NCBI GenBank assembly: GCA_042570305.1
Contig: JBHPGP010000005.1
Location: 1-61,177 of the forward strand
DNA from: Candidatus Omnitrophota bacterium
GTDB taxonomy: Bacteria; Omnitrophota; Gorgyraeia; Gygaellales; JAHJCI01
DNA length: 61,177 nucleotides
Direction of reading: 5' to 3'
The position numbers and the translations under genes were made by a program. This document shows positions 46,417 through 54,655 of this stretch, in pieces (position 1 is the stretch's first letter; each line of letters starts with the position of its first letter). The notes under the pieces were generated by a model. That model did no database searches. It was not told the DNA's origin and saw only the letters and a program-made list of their open reading frames with translations.

Positions 46417-46639
46417 CCTTCTGGACCTTTCCCTTTTTAAGGCATTTGGCGCAGATGTAGATAGTTTTTGTCCGTCCGCAGATTTTGGCTTTTATTTTAT
46501 GCAGGTTGGGCAGGAACTTTCTTGGATTAACACGGGTAGTCTTTTTCCCCGTACCGCCTTTTTTCTTGGCCAGACCCTTTCGGCTCAGGGTGTGACCGTA
46601 CATCGGGCCTTTATTGCATATCGCGCATCTCTTAAGCAT
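46409..46639 (-). CDS. rpmB: 50S ribosomal protein L28
   Basis: 76 aa, from MLKRCAICNKGPMYGHTLS...RKFLPNLH.... It starts at ATG 46639. The TTG start at 46675 in the track is the -35 hexamer of its promoter. Converges on recJ with an 8-nt overlap. Confidence 0.88.
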   Translation of the reverse strand: MLKRCAICNKGPMYGHTLSRKGLAKKKGGTGKKTTRVNPRKFLPNLHKIKAKICGRTKTIYICAKCLKKGKVQKVI

Positions 46640-46646
46640 GCCATGG

Positions 46647-46675
46647 ATTATATAAGCAAATGGATAAAAGGTCAA
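46647..46675 (-). promoter_or_regulatory. near-consensus sigma-70 promoter of rpmB
   Basis: Minus strand reads TTGACC (46675-46670), a 17-nt spacer, then TATAAT (46652-46647). Only 7 nt lie between the -10 box and the ATG. Confidence 0.6.
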
Positions 46676-46683
46676 TAAAAATA

Positions 46684-46711
46684 TTGTTTTTTTAGAAAAA
46701 TATGTTATACT
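46684..46711 (+). promoter_or_regulatory. candidate extended -10 promoter of rplM-rpsI
   Basis: TTGTTT (46684-46689), a 16-nt spacer, then TGtTATACT with the -10 box at 46706-46711. Nine nt lie between the -10 box and ATG 46721, and there is no SD. Confidence 0.4.
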
Positions 46712-46720
46712 ATTAACTCT

Positions 46721-47152
46721 ATGAATAAGACGTACATTCCCGAAAAGGGAAAATGCAAAAGAAGCTGGTATTTAGTTGATGCCAATAACCAGGTACTGGG
46801 AAGGCTGGCTACGCGTGTGGCCATGGTACTCAGGGGCAAGCATAAGCCGGATTTCAGCCCTCACCTGGATACCGGAGACGGCGTAATAGTAATCAACGCT
46901 TCTTTAATCAGGGTTACCGGAAGGAAATTGAGCCAGAAAATATACAGGCGCTATTCCGGTTATCCCGGAGGGCTTCGGGAGGTCTCCCTGTCGGATTTGT
47001 TAAAGAAGAAACCGGCAACAGTATTCAAGCTGGCGGTAAGGCGCATGCTGCCCAAGGGCTCTTTGGGAGGGGTTATTTTTAAAAAATTGAAGGTATATGC
47101 CGGCACAGAGCATCCTCACGCAGGCCAGAAACCGAAATTACTAAAGGTTTAA
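46721..47152 (+). CDS. rplM: 50S ribosomal protein L13
   Basis: Contains 'RSWYLVDANNQVLGRLATRVAMVLRGKHKP'. Confidence 0.96.
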   Translation: MNKTYIPEKGKCKRSWYLVDANNQVLGRLATRVAMVLRGKHKPDFSPHLDTGDGVIVINASLIRVTGRKLSQKIYRRYSGYPGGLREVSLSDLLKKKPATVFKLAVRRMLPKGSLGGVIFKKLKVYAGTEHPHAGQKPKLLKV

Positions 47153-47156
47153 ATCG

Positions 47157-47552
47157 ATGGAGAACGAAAACAAATACAGGGCTACCGGAAGGCGCAAGGA
47201 GGCAGTAGCAACAGTCTGGCTTACGCCCGGTGCAGGCGCAATCCGGGTAAATAAACAGACGCTGGAAGACTATTTCCTGCGCGAGACAGACAGGATTATC
47301 GTTAAACAGCCACTAGCTGCCGCCAACTGCGTTGATAAATACGACGTAGTTGCCAACATTAAAGGCGGCGGGTACAGCGGCCAGGCCGGGGCTTTGCGCC
47401 TGGCGATCGCCCGTGCCTTGAGTTTTGTGAGCGCGGATAACAAGAAAATATTGAGAAAGAATCAATTTCTTACCCGTGACCCGAGAATGAAGGAGCGCAA
47501 GAAATACGGGCAGAAAGGAGCGCGTAAACGGTTCCAGTGGACTAAGAGATAG
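47157..47552 (+). CDS. rpsI: 30S ribosomal protein S9
   Basis: Contains 'GRRKEAVATVWL' and 'GGGYSGQAGALRLAIARAL', with C-terminal 'RKRFQWTKR'. Confidence 0.96.
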   Translation: MENENKYRATGRRKEAVATVWLTPGAGAIRVNKQTLEDYFLRETDRIIVKQPLAAANCVDKYDVVANIKGGGYSGQAGALRLAIARALSFVSADNKKILRKNQFLTRDPRMKERKKYGQKGARKRFQWTKR

Positions 47553-47574
47553 CGAATACCTCGACGAAAAAAAT

Positions 47575-47603
47575 ATTGACCCCGTCAGGGATTATGGTAT
47601 GAT
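47575..47603 (+). promoter_or_regulatory. candidate promoter for the arg operon (conflicts with the terminator call below)
   Basis: TTGACC (47575-47580), a 17-nt spacer, then TATGAT (47598-47603). The -35 box lies in the 5' arm and the -10 box in the loop of the putative rpsI terminator hairpin. At most one reading is likely to be physiologically dominant. Confidence 0.3.
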
Positions 47604-47630
47604 AAATATCTCTGAGGGGTTTTTTATTTT
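47580..47630 (+). terminator. possible rpsI terminator
   Basis: CCCC(g)TCAG (47580-47588) pairs with CTGAGGGG (47612-47619): 8 bp, one bulge. The 23-nt loop is long. TTTTTTATTTT follows. Confidence 0.4.
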
Positions 47631-47632
47631 TA

Positions 47633-47787
47633 GTGAGGACATAACTTACGGAACGATAGTGAACGTAAGTTATTTGTCCGAACTATCCCGACAGCAGCAA
47701 GAAAATTTAGCTATAAATTTTCGCAGTGTTTTGCTGTCGGGGACACTTCGCCCGAACAACTTACGGAACGTAAGTTGTGGGCTCATT
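47633..47787 (+). repeat. modular hairpin repeat, copy B (long form)
   Basis: Modules in order: left module GTGAGGACATAACT; hairpin H1 (GGACATAACTTACG...CGTAAGTTATTTGTCC, 47636-47679); central hairpin H2 (47686-47742); right module with hairpin H3 (CAACTTACG-GAA-CGTAAGTTG, 47757-47777). It ends 4 nt before the argC ATG. Homologous to 18221-18337. Confidence 0.8.
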
Positions 47788-47791
47788 AATT

Positions 47792-48823
47792 ATGATAAAC
47801 GCAGGAATAATCGGAGCAACCGGATATACAGGTGAGGAGCTAATTGAATTGCTTCTCAGGCATCCCGAGGTGCGGATTACCTATCTTGCCGCCAAGATAG
47901 ACGAGCCAGCGCCCATAGCCGAAATCTTCCCTAAATTCAGAAACAGAACCGGGCTGGTCTGCGGGCTCTTGGATTTGGATTCGGCAATTTCCAGTTGTGA
48001 GCTTCTCTTTTTAGCCTTGCCCCATACAGTATCGATGGGTATCGCTCCGCGCCTGCTTGACGCAGGGAAAAGGGTGATAGATTTAAGCGCTGATTACCGT
48101 CTGGAGGATAGCAAAATTTATGAGCAATTTTATAAAACAAGGCAAACAGATTCCAAGAACCTAAAAAAAGCCGTATATGGTTTACCGGAAATTTACCGCG
48201 CCAAGATTAAACAGGCAAGCCTGGTGGCAAATCCCGGCTGTTTTCCTACTGCCGCAATCCTGGGCCTGGCGCCCTTGGTTTCCTGTAAAAGCAGCCGGAT
48301 TGCCCAACCGATAATTATCGATGCCATCACCGGAGTTACCGGTGCGGGAAGGCGGGCGGCTTTGGCATATAGTTTCTGCGAGATAGAGCAGGATGCTTAT
48401 GCCTATAAGATAAACGCCCACCAGCATACTCCGGAGATCAGCCAGGAATTATCCCGGCTGGCATCCGGCAGGCTTGAGATTACATTCGTGCCGCATCTGG
48501 TTTCCATTGACCGCGGCATATTGGAGACAATTTACGTCAGGTATGATGAAAAGATGAAAGTCGAAGATAAAAAATTGGCCGATCTCTACAATAAATTTTA
48601 TAAAAAAGAGCCGTTTGTAAGAATAAAGCAGGAAGGCGAAGGAGTGCATTTGAAAGACGTAGCCAGGACCAACTTATGCGACATCGCAATAAAGGCATTC
48701 CCGCAGGAAAATCTGATAATTATCACTGCGGCTATCGATAACCTTGGTAAAGGCGCTGCCGGCCAGGCAGTCCAGAACATGAACATCATGTATGGATTCC
48801 CTGAGCAGACAGCCTTGTTTTAA
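47792..48823 (+). CDS. argC: N-acetyl-gamma-glutamyl-phosphate reductase
   Basis: Contains 'AGIIGATGYTGEELIELL' and the active-site 'NPGCFPTA'. I start it at ATG 47792. The GTG at 47777 used by the track lies inside the repeat. Confidence 0.93.
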   Translation: MINAGIIGATGYTGEELIELLLRHPEVRITYLAAKIDEPAPIAEIFPKFRNRTGLVCGLLDLDSAISSCELLFLALPHTVSMGIAPRLLDAGKRVIDLSADYRLEDSKIYEQFYKTRQTDSKNLKKAVYGLPEIYRAKIKQASLVANPGCFPTAAILGLAPLVSCKSSRIAQPIIIDAITGVTGAGRRAALAYSFCEIEQDAYAYKINAHQHTPEISQELSRLASGRLEITFVPHLVSIDRGILETIYVRYDEKMKVEDKKLADLYNKFYKKEPFVRIKQEGEGVHLKDVARTNLCDIAIKAFPQENLIIITAAIDNLGKGAAGQAVQNMNIMYGFPEQTALF

Positions 48824-49963
48824 ATGAAAGCGAAGCTTCCGTTGGGGTTCAGGGCAAACGGGATATCCTGCGGGATAAAGAAATCAGGCAAGCCTGACCT
48901 GGGGTTAATCTTCTCCGAGCAGTCGGGGAGGGCTTCCGGATTATTTACTGCCAACAGAATTACCTCCGGTTCAGTAAAGTTCTGCCGGAAGAACCTTGCC
49001 GGTAGCGGAAGGTTCCAGGCAATAATTATCAATAGCGGAAACGCCAACTGCTGGACCGGCGGGGACTCGTTTAAGAGCGCAGCTGTTGTCTCCCAGGAAT
49101 TGGCTTCTCTTCTGGGAATCAGGAGAAAAGAAGTACTCCTGGCCTCAACCGGGATTATCGGCCGCAGCTTGCCAGTAGGCAGGATTAAAAAGGCCTTACC
49201 TATATTAGTGGGAGGGTTAAGCGGTTTGGGGCTGGTCAGTGCAGCCAAAGCAATCCTGACCACCGATACTTTCGTTAAGCTGACTACGGCTAGATTAAAT
49301 ATAGGCAGAAGCACGGTCACGCTCTGCGGGCTGGCAAAGGGCGCGGGAATGATTGCGCCGAGCTTATCGCAGAAAAAGGCCACTATGCTGTGTTTTCTCT
49401 TAAGCGATGCAGACATAGCGCAGAATGCCTTAAACAGCGCATTGAGAGGTGCCGTGGAAAAATCTTTTAACTGTATTACGGTAGATGGGTGTATGAGTAC
49501 CAATGATACCGTGTTAATCATGAGCAATTCCTGTTGCGGCAATCCGGTAATCAAGCAGGGCAGCGCAGGCTTTCAAAAATTTTCATCCGCACTCAACCGG
49601 GTCTGTTTGGATTTGGCCAAGATGATAGTTAGGGATGCAGAAGGGGCGAGTAAATTTATTCAGATCAGTATAAACGGGGCACGGACTGATCAGGAGGCGC
49701 GGCAGGCTGCCCTAAACATCGCCAATTCAAATTTGTTCAAGACGGCAGTGTTCGGACGTAGCAGTAATTTGGGCAGGATAGCGGCTGCCTTAGGGGCAAG
49801 CGGTATCAGCCTAAAGGAAAAAGATTTACGCATCAGCGTGAGCCCTTTAAATAAGAAAGACGTTTACGTCGCTGTCCGCATGGGGCGCGGGAATTCTAAG
49901 GCTGTAGTTTATACTTCAGACCTGACGCCGGAATATATAAGGATAAACGCGCATTATAGCTGA
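48824..49963 (+). CDS. argJ: bifunctional ornithine acetyltransferase/N-acetylglutamate synthase
   Basis: Contains 'GFRANGISCGIKKSGKPDLGLI' and the autoprocessing-site region 'KGAGMIAP...ATMLCFLLSDA'. Confidence 0.92.
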   Translation: MKAKLPLGFRANGISCGIKKSGKPDLGLIFSEQSGRASGLFTANRITSGSVKFCRKNLAGSGRFQAIIINSGNANCWTGGDSFKSAAVVSQELASLLGIRRKEVLLASTGIIGRSLPVGRIKKALPILVGGLSGLGLVSAAKAILTTDTFVKLTTARLNIGRSTVTLCGLAKGAGMIAPSLSQKKATMLCFLLSDADIAQNALNSALRGAVEKSFNCITVDGCMSTNDTVLIMSNSCCGNPVIKQGSAGFQKFSSALNRVCLDLAKMIVRDAEGASKFIQISINGARTDQEARQAALNIANSNLFKTAVFGRSSNLGRIAAALGASGISLKEKDLRISVSPLNKKDVYVAVRMGRGNSKAVVYTSDLTPEYIRINAHYS

Positions 49964-50003
49964 GAGTTAAGCCGGCAATCCCCAGAAGAAGGAGTCGCAA
50001 GCA

Positions 50004-50858
50004 ATGGAAGAAGCGATCAGGAAAGCGGATGTTTTGATTGAGGCCCTGCCTTATATTAAGCGCTTTCGTAAGAAGATAGCGGTAATCAAATACGGGGGCA
50101 GCATCCTGGGTGAAGAAAGTATACGCAGCAATGTGCTGGAGGATATTGTCTTTTTGAGCTTTATCGGGATGAAGGTAATCCTGGTTCACGGAGGGGGCCC
50201 GAATATCAGCCAGCGTATGCGCAACACCGGAAAGAAAACAGAATTCCTTGAGGGCATGCGTGTTACCGATAAAGAAACCCTGGGATTGGTTGAAGAGGAA
50301 TTGGACAAGCTCAACTCTCTGCTGGTAAAAGAGATTAATACATTAGGTGCTAAGGCAGAAGGGTTTAGCGGAAAGCACAACCAGCTTATTGAGGTTAAGA
50401 AAAAGAAGGCGAAGATAGACCTTGGCCTGGTGGGCGAGATCGTAAACATAAATAAAGATTTTCTCTCCGGCAAGCTGAAGAAAGATGCAGTTCTGGTTAT
50501 TTGCCCGATGGGCTCAGGGGAGGATAAACTGGTTTATAATGTTAACGCAGATGAGTCTGCTTCCTGGATTTCCGCTTGCCTTGAGGCAGAAAAGCTTGTT
50601 TTGTTAACCAATGTCCGCGGCATAATGCGCAATGCCGAGGATTCCGCTTCTCTCTTGTCTACGCTCACGGCTTCGGAAGCCAAGAGATTGATTAAGGAAA
50701 AGATAATCCAGGAGGGGATGATTCCCAAGGTACAGGCCTGTATGCGGGCGATAAATAAAGGGGTAAAGAAGGCGCATATCATTGATGCGCGTATCCCTCA
50801 CGCTCTCCTGCTGGAGATATTTACCGACAGCGGAGTCGGCACAGAGCTGGTAAAGTAA
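50004..50858 (+). CDS. argB: acetylglutamate kinase
   Basis: Contains 'IAVIKYGGS', 'VLVHGGGPNI' and 'NVNADESA'. Confidence 0.94.
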   Translation: MEEAIRKADVLIEALPYIKRFRKKIAVIKYGGSILGEESIRSNVLEDIVFLSFIGMKVILVHGGGPNISQRMRNTGKKTEFLEGMRVTDKETLGLVEEELDKLNSLLVKEINTLGAKAEGFSGKHNQLIEVKKKKAKIDLGLVGEIVNINKDFLSGKLKKDAVLVICPMGSGEDKLVYNVNADESASWISACLEAEKLVLLTNVRGIMRNAEDSASLLSTLTASEAKRLIKEKIIQEGMIPKVQACMRAINKGVKKAHIIDARIPHALLLEIFTDSGVGTELVK

Positions 50859-50864
50859 AATGCG

Positions 50865-52052
50865 ATGAAACTTCAGGAGATATTCGATACATATAAAGAA
50901 TGCGTTATGCCTACCTATACAAAGACGCCTTTGGCTTTTGTCAAAGGAAAGGGTAGCTATCTTTGGGATATTCATAACCGCCGGTATCTTGATTTTTTCC
51001 CCGGTTGGGGAGTGGGGAATCTCGGGCATTGCCATCCCAAGGTCATGACGGCTGTGCGCGACCAGGTTTCCAAGCTGATTTTTATACCCAATAATTATTA
51101 TAATATTCCCCAGGCCAAGCTGGCAAGAGAGCTGAATTTCTACAGCGGTTTTCCGGCAAAGGTTTTTTACTGTAACTCCGGGGCAGAGGCAAACGAGGCG
51201 GCAATCAAGTTTGCCAGGAAATTCGGCAAAGGGCGTTTTCAGGTTATCACTTTCCATAATTCATTCCACGGCCGTACACTGGCAGCGCTGGCAGCTACCG
51301 GACAGGACAAATATAAGCAGGGCTTTTCTCCCCTGCCGGAGGGCTTTATAAACGTTGCCTTTGGCGATCTGAAGGCGGTTGAATCTGCCCTGAACGAAAA
51401 AACCGCGGCAGTGATGTTAGAGTTGATTCAGGGAGAGGGCGGCATAAATATCGCAGGGCAGGAGTTTGTTTCGGGGTTACGCAATCTTTGCGATAAAAAG
51501 AAGCTCCTCTTGATTATTGATGAGGTGCAAAGCGGCATCGGGCGCACGGGAAAGATGTTTGCTTACCAGCATTACGGCATAATACCCGATGTAGTTACTC
51601 TGGCAAAGAGCCTGGGGGGAGGCCTGCCGATCGGGGCAATGATGGTAAAAAAGGAAATCGCCGACCTGCTTGGTCCTGGTACGCATGCCTCGACTTTCGG
51701 GGGCGGGCCGGTAGTTTGCAGGGCAGCCCTGGCGGTGTTAAAGGCAATCGGAAAGGAAAAACTTTTAAGCAAGGCGAGGATTTCGGGGGAATATTTACTT
51801 ACCCGGCTGAATGCGCTTAAAGATAAATACCCGGCGATTACGGATGTAAGAGGCAAGGGCCTGATGATTGCCGTGGAGCTGAAATGCGAAGGTAAACCGG
51901 TGGTCGAGCAATGCTTAAGCAAGGGCTTGTTGATTAACTGTACTCACGAAAAAATCTTGCGTCTGATGCCCGCCTTGAGCGTTACTAAAAAAGAGATTGA
52001 CCAGGCTGTTTCTGTCCTGGATGAGGTATTGAGCACTCTGGCGGAGAAATGA
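50865..52052 (+). CDS. argD: acetylornithine aminotransferase
   Basis: Class III aminotransferase with 'NSGAEANEAAIK', 'DEVQSGIGRTGK' and 'LAKSLGGGLP' (PLP lysine). Confidence 0.92.
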   Translation: MKLQEIFDTYKECVMPTYTKTPLAFVKGKGSYLWDIHNRRYLDFFPGWGVGNLGHCHPKVMTAVRDQVSKLIFIPNNYYNIPQAKLARELNFYSGFPAKVFYCNSGAEANEAAIKFARKFGKGRFQVITFHNSFHGRTLAALAATGQDKYKQGFSPLPEGFINVAFGDLKAVESALNEKTAAVMLELIQGEGGINIAGQEFVSGLRNLCDKKKLLLIIDEVQSGIGRTGKMFAYQHYGIIPDVVTLAKSLGGGLPIGAMMVKKEIADLLGPGTHASTFGGGPVVCRAALAVLKAIGKEKLLSKARISGEYLLTRLNALKDKYPAITDVRGKGLMIAVELKCEGKPVVEQCLSKGLLINCTHEKILRLMPALSVTKKEIDQAVSVLDEVLSTLAEK

Positions 52053-52963
52053 AAAAGGATTTAATTTCAATAAAGGATTTAAGCGTAAAAGACCTGGCAA
52101 CTATTTTTAACCTTACCGATGAGTTAAAAAAAACGCCCAGGAAATTCAACCAAGTCCTGAAAGGTAAAATTCTGGCGCTGGTTTTCCAGAAGCCGTCCTG
52201 CCGTACACGGGTGTCTTTTGAGGTAGGGGTATATCAGTTGGGGGGTAACAGTATTTACCTGGGCCCTGACCAGATTAAGCTGGGTTTGAGAGAGTCAACC
52301 GGGGATATTGCCCGGACACTCAGCCGCTACGTAAATGGAATTACCATGCGCACCTTTGCCCATAGGAGCATCTTGGAAATGGCAGAGTGCGCGGATATTC
52401 CGGTAATCAATGCCTTAACAGACCTTTTGCATCCCTGTCAGGCATTGGCTGATATTTATACTATTCGGGAAAGGCTGCCCAAACTCAAGGAAGTCACTCT
52501 TGCTTTTGTCGGTGACGGAAATAATGTCTGTCATTCTCTTCTCTACGGCTGTTCGAAGGTAGGGATGAATTTAAATATCGCTACACCCAAAAACTATGCG
52601 CCGCAGCCAGAGATTTTAAAAGAGGCGTTGTCTTTGGCGAAGGCCCAGGGGGTCAGGATAGCCGTATTTAATCAGGCCAAGCAGGCAGTCAGGGGAGCGG
52701 ACATAATCTATACCGATGTCTGGGCTTCCATGGGGCAGGAGAAAGAGGCAAAGGCAAGAAGGGAAGACTTTCAGAAATTCCAGGTTAATAAGAAACTGCT
52801 ATCGCTGGCAAAGAAAAAATGCCTGATTATGCATTGCCTGCCTGCGCACCGCGGAGAGGAGATTACCGATGAGGTTATTGACTCTCAGGATTCCATAGTC
52901 TTTGACCAGGCGGAGAATCGCCTGCATGTTCAAAAATCAATTCTTAGCATTTTGCTAAGATGA
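52049..52963 (+). CDS. argF: ornithine carbamoyltransferase
   Basis: Contains 'FQKPSCRTRVSFE' (STRTR-like), 'DVWASMGQE' and 'HCLPAHRGEE'. Confidence 0.93.
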   Translation: MKKDLISIKDLSVKDLATIFNLTDELKKTPRKFNQVLKGKILALVFQKPSCRTRVSFEVGVYQLGGNSIYLGPDQIKLGLRESTGDIARTLSRYVNGITMRTFAHRSILEMAECADIPVINALTDLLHPCQALADIYTIRERLPKLKEVTLAFVGDGNNVCHSLLYGCSKVGMNLNIATPKNYAPQPEILKEALSLAKAQGVRIAVFNQAKQAVRGADIIYTDVWASMGQEKEAKARREDFQKFQVNKKLLSLAKKKCLIMHCLPAHRGEEITDEVIDSQDSIVFDQAENRLHVQKSILSILLR

Positions 52964-52987
52964 ATATATTATTAAAATCTTAATAAA

Positions 52988-53413
52988 ATGCGAGGATGTA
53001 TGAGGCATAAAAAAACCATGCAGTGCCAGGAAGGTTTTACATTAATAGAAGTAATGATTGTTTCTGTGGTTCTCGGAGTTTTGTTTACTATAGGTATCTT
53101 TCATTACAGCACAGCAAGGGAGCTTATTTTTGACCAGGAAGTCGCTTCCAAATTGAAAGTGCTTCAAAGCGCGCAGAAGTCTTACTTTTTAGATACAAAC
53201 AGTTATTATCCTGCAGCAGGCAGCGAGACAAGCGAGCTTCTGATTACCGATAATCTGAAGGTCATCTTAGATAATTCAAGAAGGGTCTGGGATTATACTG
53301 TTTGGGATAATGGCTGCAGTCGGGCTACCCGTAATGGCAGTAACGGGAGGAGTTGGTTTCTGACAATCGATGATGCAGACGAAGAACCCGATTCCGGAGC
53401 TGGTTGCCCGTAG
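52988..53413 (+). CDS. type IV pilin/pseudopilin-like protein (prepilin N-terminal methylation domain)
   Basis: Contains 'QEG|FTLIEVMIVSVVLGVLFTIGIF', i.e. G-1/F+1/E+5 and a hydrophobic helix. Two C-terminal cysteines (NGCS...GAGCP) fit a pilin disulfide loop. The start is ambiguous (ATG 52988, 53000 or 53018). ATG 53018 would give a typical 6-aa leader. Confidence 0.75.
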   Translation: MRGCMRHKKTMQCQEGFTLIEVMIVSVVLGVLFTIGIFHYSTARELIFDQEVASKLKVLQSAQKSYFLDTNSYYPAAGSETSELLITDNLKVILDNSRRVWDYTVWDNGCSRATRNGSNGRSWFLTIDDADEEPDSGAGCP

Positions 53414-53433
53414 CCTAAAGATACTATAATGAT

Positions 53434-54606
53434 ATGAAAAAGGTAATATTAGCTTATTCAGGGGGATTGGATACAAGCTGCGCGGTGCATTGGCTGAAAC
53501 AGAATGGCTTTACCGTCATCTGTTTTGTTGCCGACCTCGGGCAGGATGAGGATATGTCTTTAATCAAACAGAGGGCATTGGCTTGCGGTGCCCTGAAGGT
53601 ACAGGTCAAAGACTTAAGGGAAGAGTTCATCCAGGACTTTATCTTGCCTGCGCTAAAAGCCAATGCGGTATATGAAGGCAGGTACCTGCTTGCTACTGCT
53701 CTCGGCCGTCCGTTGATAGCAAAGCATCTGGTAGAGTTAGCCGAACGGGAGAAGGCGCAGTCAGTTGCCCACGGCTGTACCGGAAAAGGTAATGACCAGG
53801 TGAGATTCGAAGTTTCGGTAAAAATCCTTAATCCTGATTTGGAGATTATCGCACCGGCAAGAGTCTGGGCATTTAAATCCAGGGAGGAAGAGATAGATTA
53901 TGCTAAAAGGTTCAACCTGCCAGTAGACGTAACCAAAAAGAAGCCTTACAGTATTGATAAAAACCTCTGGGGCGTAAGCATTGAGGCAGGGGCGCTGGAG
54001 GATTTGAGCGTGGAGCCTGCGGAAAGCGCTTATCAGATTACCAAGAGCCCTTCCGAGCATCCGGGTTTTGCCCGGTACCTGGAGATTGCTTTCCAGAAGG
54101 GAGTTCCCGTAAAAATCGACGGGAAATCCTATAATCCGATAAAACTGATTCAGGAACTCAACAGGCTGGGAGGGTTCTACGGAGTAGGCAGGAGCGATTT
54201 AGTGGAGAACCGGCTGATCGGCATAAAAACGCGCGAGATTTACGAGGCGCCGGCGGCGACAATACTTTATACTGCACATAAAGAGCTGGAGGATTTGGTC
54301 TCCGACCGACTAATCCAGCATTTTAAGCAGGGTATCAGCCTTAAGTACGCCGAGCTCATCTACGATGGGCTTTGGTATACCCCGTTAAAAGAGGGTTTGG
54401 ATAAATTTATAGATTATACCCAGAGAAATGTTACCGGCAGCATAAGGGTGAAATTATTCAAGGGCAGCTGTATTGTGGCAGGCCGCAGGTCGCGCCATTC
54501 GCTTTATAAAAAAGAACTGGCAACCTACGGCAAGGAAGACATTTTTGACCAGAAATTAGCCAAGGGTTTTATCGAAATCTGGGGAATGCCCTATCGTAAA
54601 AAGTAG
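53434..54606 (+). CDS. argG: argininosuccinate synthase
   Basis: Contains 'VILAYSGGLDTS', 'AHGCTGKGNDQVRFE' and 'SIDKNLWG'. Confidence 0.95.
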   Translation: MKKVILAYSGGLDTSCAVHWLKQNGFTVICFVADLGQDEDMSLIKQRALACGALKVQVKDLREEFIQDFILPALKANAVYEGRYLLATALGRPLIAKHLVELAEREKAQSVAHGCTGKGNDQVRFEVSVKILNPDLEIIAPARVWAFKSREEEIDYAKRFNLPVDVTKKKPYSIDKNLWGVSIEAGALEDLSVEPAESAYQITKSPSEHPGFARYLEIAFQKGVPVKIDGKSYNPIKLIQELNRLGGFYGVGRSDLVENRLIGIKTREIYEAPAATILYTAHKELEDLVSDRLIQHFKQGISLKYAELIYDGLWYTPLKEGLDKFIDYTQRNVTGSIRVKLFKGSCIVAGRRSRHSLYKKELATYGKEDIFDQKLAKGFIEIWGMPYRKK

Positions 54607-54655
54607 TAAGTTGTAAGGATTAAGTATTAAGGACAAGACAGACAAGGAGAGTTAG

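Noticed and set aside
47553-47791. An ArgR/AhrC ARG-box operator upstream of argC.
   Set aside because: I found no convincing match to the TNTGAATWWWWATTCANW-type palindrome. The AT-rich palindrome GAAAATTTA..TAAATTTTC belongs to the repeat, which also precedes ftsA, so it is not arginine-specific.
47599-47835. A 78-aa ORF spanning the rpsI-argC spacer.
   Set aside because: It is read straight through the hairpin repeat, has no RBS and overlaps the argC start. The repeat's second copy (18221-18337) does not preserve any reading frame.
48820-49554. A 244-aa ORF antisense to argJ. Similar long antisense ORFs occur at 50604-51257, 10898-11551, 1365-1955, 3750-4310 and 571-999.
   Set aside because: Each lies fully inside a confidently identified sense-strand gene with clear catalytic motifs. 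Their translations are low-complexity (rich in R, S, P, L) with no recognisable motifs. Long stop-free antisense frames are a known by-product of codon bias.
53425-53430. A TATAAT hexamer just upstream of argG as a promoter.
   Set aside because: It lies only 3 nt before the ATG, so the transcription start would fall inside the coding sequence. There is no matching -35 box.
54607-54655. The TAAGTTGT string in the argG-argH spacer, which resembles the end of the ftsA/argC repeat.
   Set aside because: Only 8 nt match and none of the flanking repeat modules are present. It is probably chance.
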